Part shown: positions 20,970-33,944 of the stretch, piece by piece | Numbering within the stretch: position 1 is the first letter of the stretch | Layout: every line of letters starts with the position of its first letter | From: Trichomonas gallinae | Lineage: Eukaryota | Assembly (NCBI GenBank): GCA_008369845.1 | Contig: MRSU01002770.1 | Coordinates: 1 to 54,828, forward strand | Length of the DNA: 54,828 nt | Direction: 5' to 3' | Notes under the pieces: generated by a model | Told to the model about the DNA's origin: nothing | The model's input: the letters and a program-made list of their open reading frames with translations, nothing else | The model's database searches: none | Position numbers and translations under genes: made by a program

Positions 20970-22322
20970 CTAGAATGATGTTGTTCCCTGCTCTTCTTCG
21001 TTTAAGTCTTCTTCAGCTAATGCTGCAATTAAGCTGTTAACTTCAGTAATTCGTGATGCAAGGGCCGAAAGTCGGCTCTCTATGTTTATATCTTCTTCTG
21101 CAAACTCGTTAGAATCTTCTTCTTCGCCGAATACATATGTAACATTTTCATTTGTTTCTTCTTCTTCTGCCTGAATTTGAGATGATCTAATTTCGCTCAC
21201 TTCTTCCTCCTCAATGCTCGTTGTCTGTGGAGATGGCTTAATTTCCTCTTCTTCCTCGTGAATTAAATCATCTTCAAGAACTGGAACTGATTTCGGTTCT
21301 TTCTCTTGAAGTATCATTTTCTGCTCCCTTGGCTCAATAATTATTGGACTTTGCGCGGATTTTTGCGATAATTTTTGTGGAATATCTTCAAATTGAAGAG
21401 TATCTTCTTCCTCTTCTTCTGGTATGTCCATTTCTGTAATTCTGGTTGATTGTTTAGCTGCTGCAGCTGCTAAAATCTGTCTGATCAAATCGAGCAAATA
21501 AGAACTTGAAAGAGAACGAATTTGATACCCATATTGTTCAAGAAGCTCTGCAATTAGTTCTTTGACTGGTTTTGGTTTGCTGTAAATTGAAGATTCGGTG
21601 AGATCTGTAAAAGAGCTTAGTTCTTCTTGTTGAGTGATATGAGATGCTGGAGATGATGGAACATTTTCAACTTCTTCTGATAAATCAGGATTTGAATCGA
21701 ATAATTTTTGTAATTTTTTATCTGTTTTTTCGAGTGCTTTATCATGCTTATTAATTACATCTCGCATTATTTTTGTGAATTCATCTGTCATGTTATCTTC
21801 TGCTTGTTCGCGTTTTGCTTCTTTCATTGGAGTATTTAAAATTTCATTTTGTTCCTGAAGAGATTCTAACTGTTCAAGCGATGGACATGGATATTCTAGG
21901 CGCCAACCATTGTTTAACAAGTCAGCGGCTTCTTTTGGATATGTTTCAGCTTTTTTGTACAAACTATCTGGAATTCTCTTGTTATCGATCGTCCTTATGT
22001 TTTTGAACGCAACAACAAGCGATAGCTTGTAATATTTTTCCTTTGAAATTGGAGTTTCTCGGAGCTCAATTGATTGAATTTTTGATATTGCTTCGAAACC
22101 TTTCAAACTTGATATTGCGGCATTATTTGCAATGAATTTTTCAATATTTGGGAGTTTGTGGAGCCCTTCTAAGCTTTCTATAGGTGAATAACTCAAATTT
22201 AGAACTTTTATTGATCTAGAAGCTTTAATTAACGTCAAATCTGTAATGAATTCTTTGCTTAAATCTAATATTCCCGTTTTAGCAGCTTCTTTCTCTTTCA
22301 AGACAAGCCACTGCGGTTTCAT
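20970..22322 (-). CDS. Leucine-rich repeat protein with acidic low-complexity C-terminus
   Basis: LRR units LDLSKEFITDL, LNLSYSPIESLEGL, ISSLKGF plus a cap motif. Start placed at ATG 22322 because the ATG at 22388 lies inside the upstream repeat motif. Confidence 0.8.
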   Translation of the reverse strand: MKPQWLVLKEKEAAKTGILDLSKEFITDLTLIKASRSIKVLNLSYSPIESLEGLHKLPNIEKFIANNAAISSLKGFEAISKIQSIELRETPISKEKYYKLSLVVAFKNIRTIDNKRIPDSLYKKAETYPKEAADLLNNGWRLEYPCPSLEQLESLQEQNEILNTPMKEAKREQAEDNMTDEFTKIMRDVINKHDKALEKTDKKLQKLFDSNPDLSEEVENVPSSPASHITQQEELSSFTDLTESSIYSKPKPVKELIAELLEQYGYQIRSLSSSYLLDLIRQILAAAAAKQSTRITEMDIPEEEEEDTLQFEDIPQKLSQKSAQSPIIIEPREQKMILQEKEPKSVPVLEDDLIHEEEEEIKPSPQTTSIEEEEVSEIRSSQIQAEEEETNENVTYVFGEEEDSNEFAEEDINIESRLSALASRITEVNSLIAALAEEDLNEEEQGTTSF

Positions 22323-22382
22323 TATTTTTTTTTGTATAACTGAAGGGTTATACACTGATAAAGACCCTAAATAATTTATTTT

Positions 22383-22514
22383 TGTCATGTAAAGTCTAAT
22401 TTGTCGTGTAAATAAAATATGTCGTGTAAAAATAATCGTTTTGTCATGTAAAAACTTAATTTGTCGTGTAAATATGAAATTTATCAGTAATCATTGCCAT
22501 TTTTGTCATGTAGA
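22383..22514. repeat. Array of six TGTCRTGTA(A/G)A motifs upstream of the LRR gene
   Basis: Copies start at 22383, 22402, 22420, 22442, 22462 and 22504. Confidence 0.85.
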
Positions 22515-22747
22515 AATGATATAAGTCGTCACAATTATCTGTTACATCTATTTTGAGATCTGATATCATTAAATAACATTCTCATGGTTTGAAATTTAAA
22601 AAGAAGTTTCAAGATTGCAAAAAAATTACTCTTTTTCCGATTTTTCTAGAAATTTGGATCAATTTATATCATAGATTATATGTATATAAATACTAGTATA
22701 TCTAAGCAAATAGAAGCTGAGATTTTATGATTTGAAATATCATACAA

Positions 22748-23078
22748 TTATATAAAGTGTTTACGCGTAATAATAACGGTCCGAATACTTTTATTATGGA
22801 ACATATATTCATCCAGCTGATTCATTATGGCAGAAACAGAAGCATGAATTATTTTTATCATATCCGATGAATTCTTCAAAATCTGGAAACTCTTTATCAC
22901 TAAATTTTTGAAATGGATGTGTATCGTTACTATCCATGTCATCATCATTTGAAGCACAATAAAATTCTGTTGGGTCTTTAATTGTATCATCGCCATATTC
23001 TGTTTTGACTTTAATCCAAATCTTTCTCAGTGTATCGCTTGACACAACAAAAATTATAGAATCTGTCAATCAGTCCAT
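22748..23078 (-). pseudogene. Small disrupted hypothetical gene
   Basis: Inr-like TCATC then ATG GAC TGA TTG ACA GAT...; in-frame TGA at codon 3 and an apparent frameshift near 22850 joining ...IGYDK to IIHASVSAIMNQLDEY... Confidence 0.4.
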
Positions 23079-23458
23079 AAATAAAAAAAGATGATGACTT
23101 CGGCCCTTCACGTCGAAAAAGGCTGTAACTTCGGAAGTAGGTAGGAAACATGCCCGAGCACATAAAAGAAAACTCTTCAATTAATGTACAACAAGAAGCG
23201 GAATGAAGATTCACATAATTTTTTACATGTAAAAATGTCGACCTTGTAAGTCAAATTCATCATCAATGAATGTATTTACAGAAATTCTTTTCTTTCTGTC
23301 TCATGAAGCACTAAACGTAGAAAATTTGTAAATCTTGCTAAGAATTTTCTAAAATTGTTTAATTAACTTATTGAGTTATGAAAATGTCATATATGAAAGT
23401 AATGATCATGTATAGAAATGTTTAAGAATTACAAATAAATATATTAAAACTATAAAAT

Positions 23459-25249
23459 CTATTGAAGTTGATTCTTAACGAGCTCAGCGTATTCACCTCC
23501 CTTAGCAAGAAGCTCTTCATGTGTTCCTGACTCAATGACTTGGCCTTCTTTCATGACAAGAATCTTCTCAGCGTATTTCACTGTTGACAGCCTGTGTGCG
23601 ACGATTATAACTGTTTTGCCAACACGATATGAGCCAATCGCATCTTGCACTAACCTCTCAGATTCGGCATCCAAAGCTGCAGTTGCTTCATCAAGCAGCA
23701 GAATCGGGGCGTCCTTCATTACAGCGCGTGCAATGCAAAGCCTCTGCTTCTGGCCGCCAGACAATGAGTTCTGATGTACAACTGTTCCGTAGCTTTGAGG
23801 CTGCTGTATAATGAATTCGTGAGCATTGGCAATTTTTGCCGCGCTGATGATCTCATCCTTGTGTGCGCCCGGTTTTCCGTACCTGATGTTGTTCTTTATG
23901 TTCATTGAGAACATCGTTGGCGTTTGTGGAACGAACGCGATGAATTTTCTCAGCGAAGATGGTGCAATATCTTTGACGTCGACGCCATCAACCAATATTT
24001 GGCCTTCTTGGACATCGTAGAAACGCTCGATTAATTGCAAAACTGTTGACTTGCCGCAACCACTTTCTCCAACGATTGCAACAGTTGTATTCGGCTCCAC
24101 AGTGAAGTTAAGCTTGTTAAGAGCTGGTTTTTCGCGTGTTGCGTATTTGAATGTGACATCTTTGAACTCTATGCGGCCTTCGACATGGCTGAGCTGTCTG
24201 CCAACATTTCGCTTGATTGATGGCTCTTTCTCGAGTATCTCAAGGAGTTTTGCAGAAGAAACGTTGGATTTCTTAAATTCAGCGAACAAAGAGAAGATAC
24301 CGGCAAATGCTGAGTTCCAAAGGTCAGATATCGTCATAAATACAACGATTACGCCTGGTTCTACCTCGCCACGAGCCGCCTGTGTGCCAGTAATGTACAA
24401 AATCATGGCTGCTGATCCCCACTGAACAATTGAGCTGCAAAATTCTCTTGTGCCATGAATGTAGCTGTTCTTCTTAACGACACGATGAACATCGTAAAGC
24501 TGTTTCTTGTAAATTTGATATTCTCTCAATTCAGCGTCAAATGATCTAACAGTTCTAAAAGATGTTAATATTTCAGTAGCCTTCGCTGAAACTGTTGTCG
24601 AACAGTTGTTATATTCAAGCCAAAGCTGATCAAGTTTTCTATTTCCTAATCTCTCGATAATTACATAGAGTGGTGAAACGATAAGCAAGTAGACTGTCAG
24701 TTTTGCTGATTTCGAGAAGCAGATGATCAACCCAGCAATCCATTGAACAATTGATTGTACAAGTGACAATACGTTGTTTGTGTACGCGTTATAAGCATTC
24801 TCCACGTCGTCTGTTATGCGTGCGATGATGATGCCTGTCTCTGTCTGATCGTAATATTCAATATCGTGATTCAAAAGTGCTCTCATAACAGCAGTTTTTA
24901 GATCTCTCAAGAATTGTGGCACGAAGTTCGACTCAACGACAGTGTTACATACTCCAAGAACGAAAGTAATGATCACAGAGAAGTATAATCTGTTGGCTGT
25001 GTCATTTATTGCTGTTTGGAACTTCTTGCCATCCGAGAAATAGCTGTCGACGAGTAATGTTGTGAGATCTCCTTGAATGAGTGACATAATGTAAGGCATT
25101 ATGGCAGATGCGATTCTAGTCATCAAAGTTAGAACGAATAGATACTTGTTGTTGAGATATTTGAGTATCCTCACCCATTCCCAGCCTGTAAGGACAATGT
25201 CCACTTCATCTGAAGAGCCGTGAGGCCTCCAAATCTGTCTTGGAGGCAT
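23459..25249 (-). CDS. Half-size ABC transporter, ABCB/MDR-TAP type (TMD-NBD)
   Basis: Walker A GESGCGKST, Q-loop VPQ, signature LSGGQKQR, Walker B LLLDEATAALD, H-loop AHRL; N-terminal TM domain; likely start MPPRQ at 25249. Confidence 0.95.
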   Translation of the reverse strand: MPPRQIWRPHGSSDEVDIVLTGWEWVRILKYLNNKYLFVLTLMTRIASAIMPYIMSLIQGDLTTLLVDSYFSDGKKFQTAINDTANRLYFSVIITFVLGVCNTVVESNFVPQFLRDLKTAVMRALLNHDIEYYDQTETGIIIARITDDVENAYNAYTNNVLSLVQSIVQWIAGLIICFSKSAKLTVYLLIVSPLYVIIERLGNRKLDQLWLEYNNCSTTVSAKATEILTSFRTVRSFDAELREYQIYKKQLYDVHRVVKKNSYIHGTREFCSSIVQWGSAAMILYITGTQAARGEVEPGVIVVFMTISDLWNSAFAGIFSLFAEFKKSNVSSAKLLEILEKEPSIKRNVGRQLSHVEGRIEFKDVTFKYATREKPALNKLNFTVEPNTTVAIVGESGCGKSTVLQLIERFYDVQEGQILVDGVDVKDIAPSSLRKFIAFVPQTPTMFSMNIKNNIRYGKPGAHKDEIISAAKIANAHEFIIQQPQSYGTVVHQNSLSGGQKQRLCIARAVMKDAPILLLDEATAALDAESERLVQDAIGSYRVGKTVIIVAHRLSTVKYAEKILVMKEGQVIESGTHEELLAKGGEYAELVKNQLQ

Positions 25250-26143
25250 TTTAAATATTTTAGGGAAAAATTTTAGAAAAATTTTTGATATAATTTGCTT
25301 GTTTAGTATCATAAATCATAATAAAGTTTGAATAAGGCAATGACGATAACGATAATTGCGAGGTTATTTTATTGTCAGTCTGACAAAAATTGATAATATT
25401 TGACAAGTAAATTAAAATTATGTCACGTAAAATGTGAAAATGCTTACTTATGATAATAATGAAAATCAAAAATTTAGGTTTCTTGTATTGCATAGATTTG
25501 ATTTTTCATAACGAATAAACATTGATCAAAACTCCGTTTTGTCATGTAAACAATCAATTCTGGCAAATTTTTTGTCCATGTATAAGTGTAGTAACACATG
25601 AAAACTACTTTTTTAAGGCTTGAAAGGTTGGTAAAATAATATCATATCCTATATACATGCTTTTGCGAAATATTATTTCGTGATTTAGCTTGTACTCTTC
25701 TATATATAAATATATTCGAAATATAAGTAGATATACAAGCTGTAACGCATTTTAGAAAGCTACAATAGATTTTTCTATGCTCAATTTTCTCAAAAAATAT
25801 TTATATCATTATAAGTAGCCCAACTCCAAATATTGAGTCACATTTATTGTCATCAAGATATATGGCATTACATATAAGAAGTGTAATATTGAAAATATTG
25901 TGAAAATAGAAAGATAAATATGCTCTAAACGCATATATCATATATGCAAAATATCGTGATTTCGTTGTTGACACACCATTATCTTATATTTGGACTTAGT
26001 CTCGCAAAAATGACATGTAAAATATTTTATTTTGTATAAATGTCGTGTAAAATATTTATATGTCAGAAATAGAAAAATAGGGTCTATCCTTTACATTCCC
26101 CCTGTTTTGTATACGTTTAAAAAATAGATTCGAAACGAAAAAG

Positions 26144-29100
26144 ATGGAAACTCCAATTGTTAAGAGGACGCTGAAATCGAAGATTCCAGTATCTCCTCTT
26201 AGTCCATCTTTACGTCCCAAAAAAGCTCAAACTCCGAAATCTATTATCAAACAGCAAGAAAAAGCAATTGTATCTATAGAAAAGAGTTCAAAGAACATTG
26301 GCGTCGTAGAAGATAAATCTGCAGAGCTTGGAATCAAATTCTTAGACTTTGGAGAAAATAAAATCAAACCAGACGCATTAAAATCTATAAATCCACAGTG
26401 TGTTTGCTTAAATCTGAACAAAATCGAATTAACACCGTCAAAGATTCCATTATTAAGAGACTTACGATCTTTATCACTCGAGAATTGCAATCTAAAGTCG
26501 TTAATTGGATTTCCAAAACTTGAAAATTTGCGCTATCTTTCTTTGAAGGACAATTTACTGGAAAGCTATGAAGGACTACCAATTCTAAAGAACTTAGAAA
26601 GCTTAAATATCGAAAATAACAAAATTGAATTCCCATCTGAGCTTTCATTGAGTGCCTTTGGTAGCATAGCACTCCAAGAGTACAATGGAGAAGAAATTCC
26701 AGTAGAAATCTACCAAAAAGCCTTCTCATTCTCTCCAATTGTTGGATATGCATTAAGAAGTGGTCTTAATCCAGAATTATTAATTGAAACAGAAGACAAT
26801 GAAGAAAATAATCAAGTTGACGCAGAAAAAACAGCAATTGACTTCTTAACTAAAGATTTAGTTCAATTCATGCAAGAATGCCAAGTAGAATGCAGAAATA
26901 AACTCATTATCAAGCGAAAGGAGAACGATTTCTGTATCATTTGCCCTTATAAAGCAGATTCAATAAAATGGTATTTACACGACAATTCGCCATATGAAAC
27001 GAACGAATGGAAGCTTATCAAGGAAGAAAGCAATGACTCGATTCCAATCACGCTGAATATGAGAATGCACATAATTAGATGCGAGATTTCCATGGATAAC
27101 AGGACTTTCTTCATTTACACGCAACAGCCAGTTGGCCGCGACAAGAATGAGCTCTGCCTCCCATATCCACTGACTCCAGAGTTAACAGGCATCACAAGAG
27201 ACAGTTTTATTCTTTCGGTCAACAATATTGGAATTCCAGCCTATTACACGTGGACAAGTGGTGACAACACGATAGCAGAAGACGTCACATGCATATCTTT
27301 GACAACTGATTTAGTTGGGAAGCAAATTTCGTGTGAAGTCACTCCTTATCTAGAGAACAACCAGAAAATAGAGTTTTGTTCTTATTTCGCATTGTCGAAC
27401 ACAGTAATGAGCTTGCAACCAACAATCAGCGGAATAGAATTCCCAGAAACAATAATAGAATACGAACCAATACAATTCAACGCTGTTTTCTTCGGTGGCA
27501 CAGAAGGAGACTCAGAGATCTACCTTGAAAAATCCAAATTCCAATACGAAGAATTTGTCAAAGAATGTCAACTGACAAAAGACGAGTTAGAAGTGATTCC
27601 TGAGTCCCATGTCGTAGGAATGTATCTGAGAATCTCATACACGCCAATCACATCATCAGGAACAAAAGGACAAACAAAATATTTCTACTCGACATCAAGG
27701 GTTCTACCTTCTGTCCCTCAATTCGTTGATCCTTTCATCGCTGGTTCTCCAAAGACACACCACAGCTTGGCAGCATGCGCTACATATGTAGGAGGAGTGA
27801 GAGGTGAGTGCATCTACAAATGGTATGTATCAGACGCTCCAATACAAGCGAGTAGAAAAGGTGTCAGAAATTTGCCGGTTGTGTCAAATGGTCAGATCTT
27901 TATTCCTCAGGATGAACACATTGACATGTTCGTTGCAGTCGAAATGACACCAGTGAGAGTCGATGAATGCGTTGGAGATCCTGTTTTCGCTTCACTGGAG
28001 ACTTGCATACAGATGGATAAGCAGCCAGAAACAATTGAAACAACAGGAAAAGTTTTCTTGAACAACAAATTTGTTTTCGAGCAAGATTACGATTTCAGCA
28101 TCTCAGATTCATCACAACCAGATGGATTCGCACTAGTTAAGCAAGGCCCTAAGTTTAATCCTAAAGAAGACTACATAGGAAGAATGTTGAGGATCTCAAA
28201 TCAAACGACAGATACAATAATGGGTGAAATTGTTCCAGCTGAACCAGAAATCACTGAAATGACTTTATCAGATGTTGACGATGGAATTGTCAGACTCAAT
28301 GTCAAAGCAAAAGGCATCTCTTTCGATAGAATGGAAGTTGTTTGGTTCAGAGTTTGCAATGATGTCACAAAAGCAGTCGCAATTGACACTCCTGATTACG
28401 TTTTGACACCAGAAGATGTCAACAATGTTGTATTCGCAGTTGTTGCTTTATTCGATGAAAATCGTGCATTAATCAAGAAATACACATCAGAGAAGACAAG
28501 GGTCATCACGAAGCCAGATTTATTGCTTCCTATCATTGTTGGAACGATGATTGAAGGATCGAACTGCACAATAGAAAGCGATGTTCCATGGGAGAAAGTT
28601 ACTTGGTACAGATCAAACGCTCTTACAAGCCTTGAAGTTGTTTCAACAGAGAAAGAATATACACTAACAGCAGCTGATGTTGGCTCATTAATCAAGGCTC
28701 AAGTCACGATTTTGCAGCAGAATAAAGGTGCAAATGGTGGATATGAAAAATTCGCTGTCATGACACAAGCGGATGAATATGTCAGGCTTTATTTCCCATC
28801 AATCAAAGTAACAGCTCCAGCAGAGATCTTCGAGGGAGAAAGGATTACTCCAGAAGTTACTTCAGGTGACCCAGAGAAGTACAACAAGTTCCAGTATCAG
28901 TGGTACAGAAAGTCAGAATATGGTGGACTGACACTTTTGGCAGAAACAGCTGATTACATTCCTAAATTCGAAGACATTGGAATGTTCTTGATGTTCTCTG
29001 TTGCCGCTTATGGATCAGACAACAGAACAACAGGGCCGACAACGACAATTGATATTGGACCAGTTGTCGCTCATGCGCCAGTGGCAGAAAAAGTTAAAAT

Positions 29101-30232
29101 TTTCCAGGGCGAAAACGGCCGCCTTCAAGTCAAGTACAATTATTATGGAGGCGAAGAAGGTCAGACAGAAGTTGAGTGGGTCATTGTCTCAGGCAAGAAT
29201 CTCCGCAGCATTGGAAAGACGAAACAGAAGACTATTGTTCCACTTCCGAATATGTTCGACAGAAACATTTCAGCTGTTGTCACACCGAAAAGATCTGATG
29301 GTGTTGTTGGCAACCCAGTCTTAGCTGAGTCTCATGTCACTGTTAAACCTCTTCCAATTGTTGAAAGCGGAATAATGCTTGTTAAAAACGGAAAACTTGT
29401 TTCCGGTTCTTTGTTCAGAGTTAAAGTCAAAGCTGCGAACCACAAAGGCATCAGATATCAATGGTTCAGGTCTGGCTACGACGATTGGGAGATGATAGAA
29501 GGAGAGACGGGTGTTGAATATGCTCCGACAGCAGAAGATGTCGACAAACTCATCAAATGCGAAGTCGTTGCTTTCAACAACGATGGATGGGAATGCGAAC
29601 CATATATCGTTGAAACACAGAGAACAGTTGGAGATGGAACTGGTTTGATACTAGTTGGCTTAAATGGTGGTGACATATCAACAGTTGGCACCGTTTTGCA
29701 CACAAACCTTCCACCAGATGAAGCAGAGAAAACGGTTACATTTGAAGTTCACAGTGGCAATGAATTGATTGATGAAATTCAGGACAGCCAGATGTTGGTC
29801 AATGCAAACCACATTCGATGCAAGATCAGAGCTCGCTCAACAAACGGCTTGATGACAAGTTTCACTGAAGAGATTCAGATGCCAAAGAAAGTCGGTTCTT
29901 TAGTCAGCAGCTATTTCAGGACTGGAACATTCAAGTTCACTGCGGCATCAACTGTCGGCAACTCATTGTGGAGTTGCACATGTGGACAGAGTGGAATTAG
30001 CATGATTTCGAAGAATGGAGTGAAGAAGATCGCAAAGTGGAAGACTGTGAAAGTCTCCGCAAATCAGCATACGATCGACGAAATGGAGCTCTGGGTAGAT
30101 CAGAGCACGAAATTCGTTCTCATCCCAGAACCTTCTTTGGACACTCGCGCACAAGGCTCAATTCCAGCTGAACTTAAGAGAGATTTCACAATTTGTTTGA
30201 TTAATATGTTCAAATCAAAATACAGTCAATAA
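26144..30232 (+). CDS. AIR9-like microtubule-associated protein (basic N-terminus, LRR, tandem Ig-like A9 repeats)
   Basis: Basic Ser/Pro N-terminus, LRRs (LRSLSLENCNL, LRYLSLKDNLL), repeats FFGGTEGDS, YVGGVRGECIYKWY, YYGGEEGQTEVEW, YVLTPEDV, YAPTAEDVDKLIKCEV. Confidence 0.85.
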   Translation: METPIVKRTLKSKIPVSPLSPSLRPKKAQTPKSIIKQQEKAIVSIEKSSKNIGVVEDKSAELGIKFLDFGENKIKPDALKSINPQCVCLNLNKIELTPSKIPLLRDLRSLSLENCNLKSLIGFPKLENLRYLSLKDNLLESYEGLPILKNLESLNIENNKIEFPSELSLSAFGSIALQEYNGEEIPVEIYQKAFSFSPIVGYALRSGLNPELLIETEDNEENNQVDAEKTAIDFLTKDLVQFMQECQVECRNKLIIKRKENDFCIICPYKADSIKWYLHDNSPYETNEWKLIKEESNDSIPITLNMRMHIIRCEISMDNRTFFIYTQQPVGRDKNELCLPYPLTPELTGITRDSFILSVNNIGIPAYYTWTSGDNTIAEDVTCISLTTDLVGKQISCEVTPYLENNQKIEFCSYFALSNTVMSLQPTISGIEFPETIIEYEPIQFNAVFFGGTEGDSEIYLEKSKFQYEEFVKECQLTKDELEVIPESHVVGMYLRISYTPITSSGTKGQTKYFYSTSRVLPSVPQFVDPFIAGSPKTHHSLAACATYVGGVRGECIYKWYVSDAPIQASRKGVRNLPVVSNGQIFIPQDEHIDMFVAVEMTPVRVDECVGDPVFASLETCIQMDKQPETIETTGKVFLNNKFVFEQDYDFSISDSSQPDGFALVKQGPKFNPKEDYIGRMLRISNQTTDTIMGEIVPAEPEITEMTLSDVDDGIVRLNVKAKGISFDRMEVVWFRVCNDVTKAVAIDTPDYVLTPEDVNNVVFAVVALFDENRALIKKYTSEKTRVITKPDLLLPIIVGTMIEGSNCTIESDVPWEKVTWYRSNALTSLEVVSTEKEYTLTAADVGSLIKAQVTILQQNKGANGGYEKFAVMTQADEYVRLYFPSIKVTAPAEIFEGERITPEVTSGDPEKYNKFQYQWYRKSEYGGLTLLAETADYIPKFEDIGMFLMFSVAAYGSDNRTTGPTTTIDIGPVVAHAPVAEKVKIFQGENGRLQVKYNYYGGEEGQTEVEWVIVSGKNLRSIGKTKQKTIVPLPNMFDRNISAVVTPKRSDGVVGNPVLAESHVTVKPLPIVESGIMLVKNGKLVSGSLFRVKVKAANHKGIRYQWFRSGYDDWEMIEGETGVEYAPTAEDVDKLIKCEVVAFNNDGWECEPYIVETQRTVGDGTGLILVGLNGGDISTVGTVLHTNLPPDEAEKTVTFEVHSGNELIDEIQDSQMLVNANHIRCKIRARSTNGLMTSFTEEIQMPKKVGSLVSSYFRTGTFKFTAASTVGNSLWSCTCGQSGISMISKNGVKKIAKWKTVKVSANQHTIDEMELWVDQSTKFVLIPEPSLDTRAQGSIPAELKRDFTICLINMFKSKYSQ

Positions 30233-30336
30233 ACTATAATAGTATTTGTTTTTTCACATGCATTCATATTTTCTAATTATAATATCAAACTTATAAAAAC
30301 TGCATGATATTTTTTATTCATTGGGATCTGTCAAAA

Positions 30337-31015
30337 TCAAGTAAAATAAATACGTAAATGTACAAACTCCGAATATTTGGTCATGTTGATGCAGCATGCG
30401 CAAAATAAAGAAGAAAGTTTGGTTTTGCATATAAATCCGTTGTTTGGATGACCTTTGGTATCATATTGATACGAAGGATGGACAAACTTTGGGGATGGGC
30501 ATGGAGAATTGCCGTCAATCATGACTGTGTGAGAGAATCGGATTCCTGAGAAGTGGATCGACTGGTCTTCATTCGGAGAAAACTTCATGTTTTCTTCTGT
30601 GAAATCTTCAGCAATTGCTATGCAGCCTGTGTGTCCACTTATGAAAGAGCTTCCACCTCCGCCTCCATAGTCAGCAGCATTATTCGAATTTCCACCACCG
30701 AAATAGCCCGATCCACCCCCTCCATTTCCATTTGGGATGCCATCAAAATTTGTTCTTTTGGATTCTTTAAGGTCTAAGATTCCACTGACATATGATCCTC
30801 TTGGAAGAGAAGTTCCTACTGGAATGTCGCGTCGCAGGTATACCTGTATCCAGGGCAGCCCCATAATTCGAGCAAATATCGACCTTTCCTTAAACTAACT
30901 TCATACGGGGATGAAATATTATATGATGTGCATTTATATGGATATAATGCAACGTTGGCGCTTCTCAGGATTCTCTATGAAAAAGTTTGTGCGATGAATG
31001 AATTAAAACTGACAT
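30337..31015 (-). pseudogene. Glycine-rich-domain (ALK/LTK Gly-rich-like) family pseudogene
   Basis: Family motifs lie in different frames: PYEVSLRKGRYLLELWG, then GSYVSGILDL, GGGGSGYFGG, GGGGSSFISGHTGC, IHFSGIRFSHTVMIDG; frameshifts present and the central part appears to be missing. Confidence 0.7.
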
Positions 31016-31160
31016 TTTTTCAAGGTTATTTTTATGGAAAATTCAAATAGTTTGTTCGAATTTTTCAAACGACGAAAATGTTGGAAAAATTTTAAAAACA
31101 TGACAAAAATTGGCCATATGTAAACCAAAAGTAACATCATGAAAAAAAAAGATTTGATTA

Positions 31161-31478
31161 TAGTCCCGGGAAAAACCTGTCAACAGAGACAAAAGAGTTA
31201 TTTTTTCGAAATAAAAATAGCATAGTATGTTTCGTTATGTCCATAGGGGTCTCCTATATGAATATGATGCGGATTCGCATACCTTCGAAATTAGATTCGA
31301 ATTTCGAGATTATTAAAAACATTATGAAAAAAATTAGATTTAATCTCATAATTAAATATAGGTATATTGCTTTCATCCTCAATTATATAATATATCCCCT
31401 AGTGTACATATTGTATACAAGGTACTAGCTTCTAATATTGACTCTTTTGCCTCTGTTGACAGGTTTTTCCCCCGACTA
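31161..31478. mobile_element. 318-bp MITE with 40-bp terminal inverted repeats and TA flanks (Tc1/mariner type)
   Basis: Left TAGTCCCGGGAAAAACCTGTCAACAGAGACAAAAGAGTTA (31161-31200) versus reverse complement of 31439-31478 TAGTCGGGGGAAAAACCTGTCAACAGAGGCAAAAGAGTCA, 36/40 identical; TA at 31159-60 and 31479-80; no transposase inside. Confidence 0.88.
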
Positions 31479-31517
31479 TATATCTCAAATAAAAAAAAGT
31501 TTTAGTCGATTATTATC

Positions 31518-33944
<2,427 letters not shown>

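Noticed and set aside
22383..22514. CRISPR-like repeat-spacer array
   Set aside because: 11-bp repeats with mostly 7-11-bp spacers, eukaryotic context and no cas genes.
23070..23078. ATG GAC TGA as possible selenocysteine or readthrough codon
   Set aside because: The same locus also has a frameshift and no visible SECIS or redox motif; pseudogenisation is simpler.
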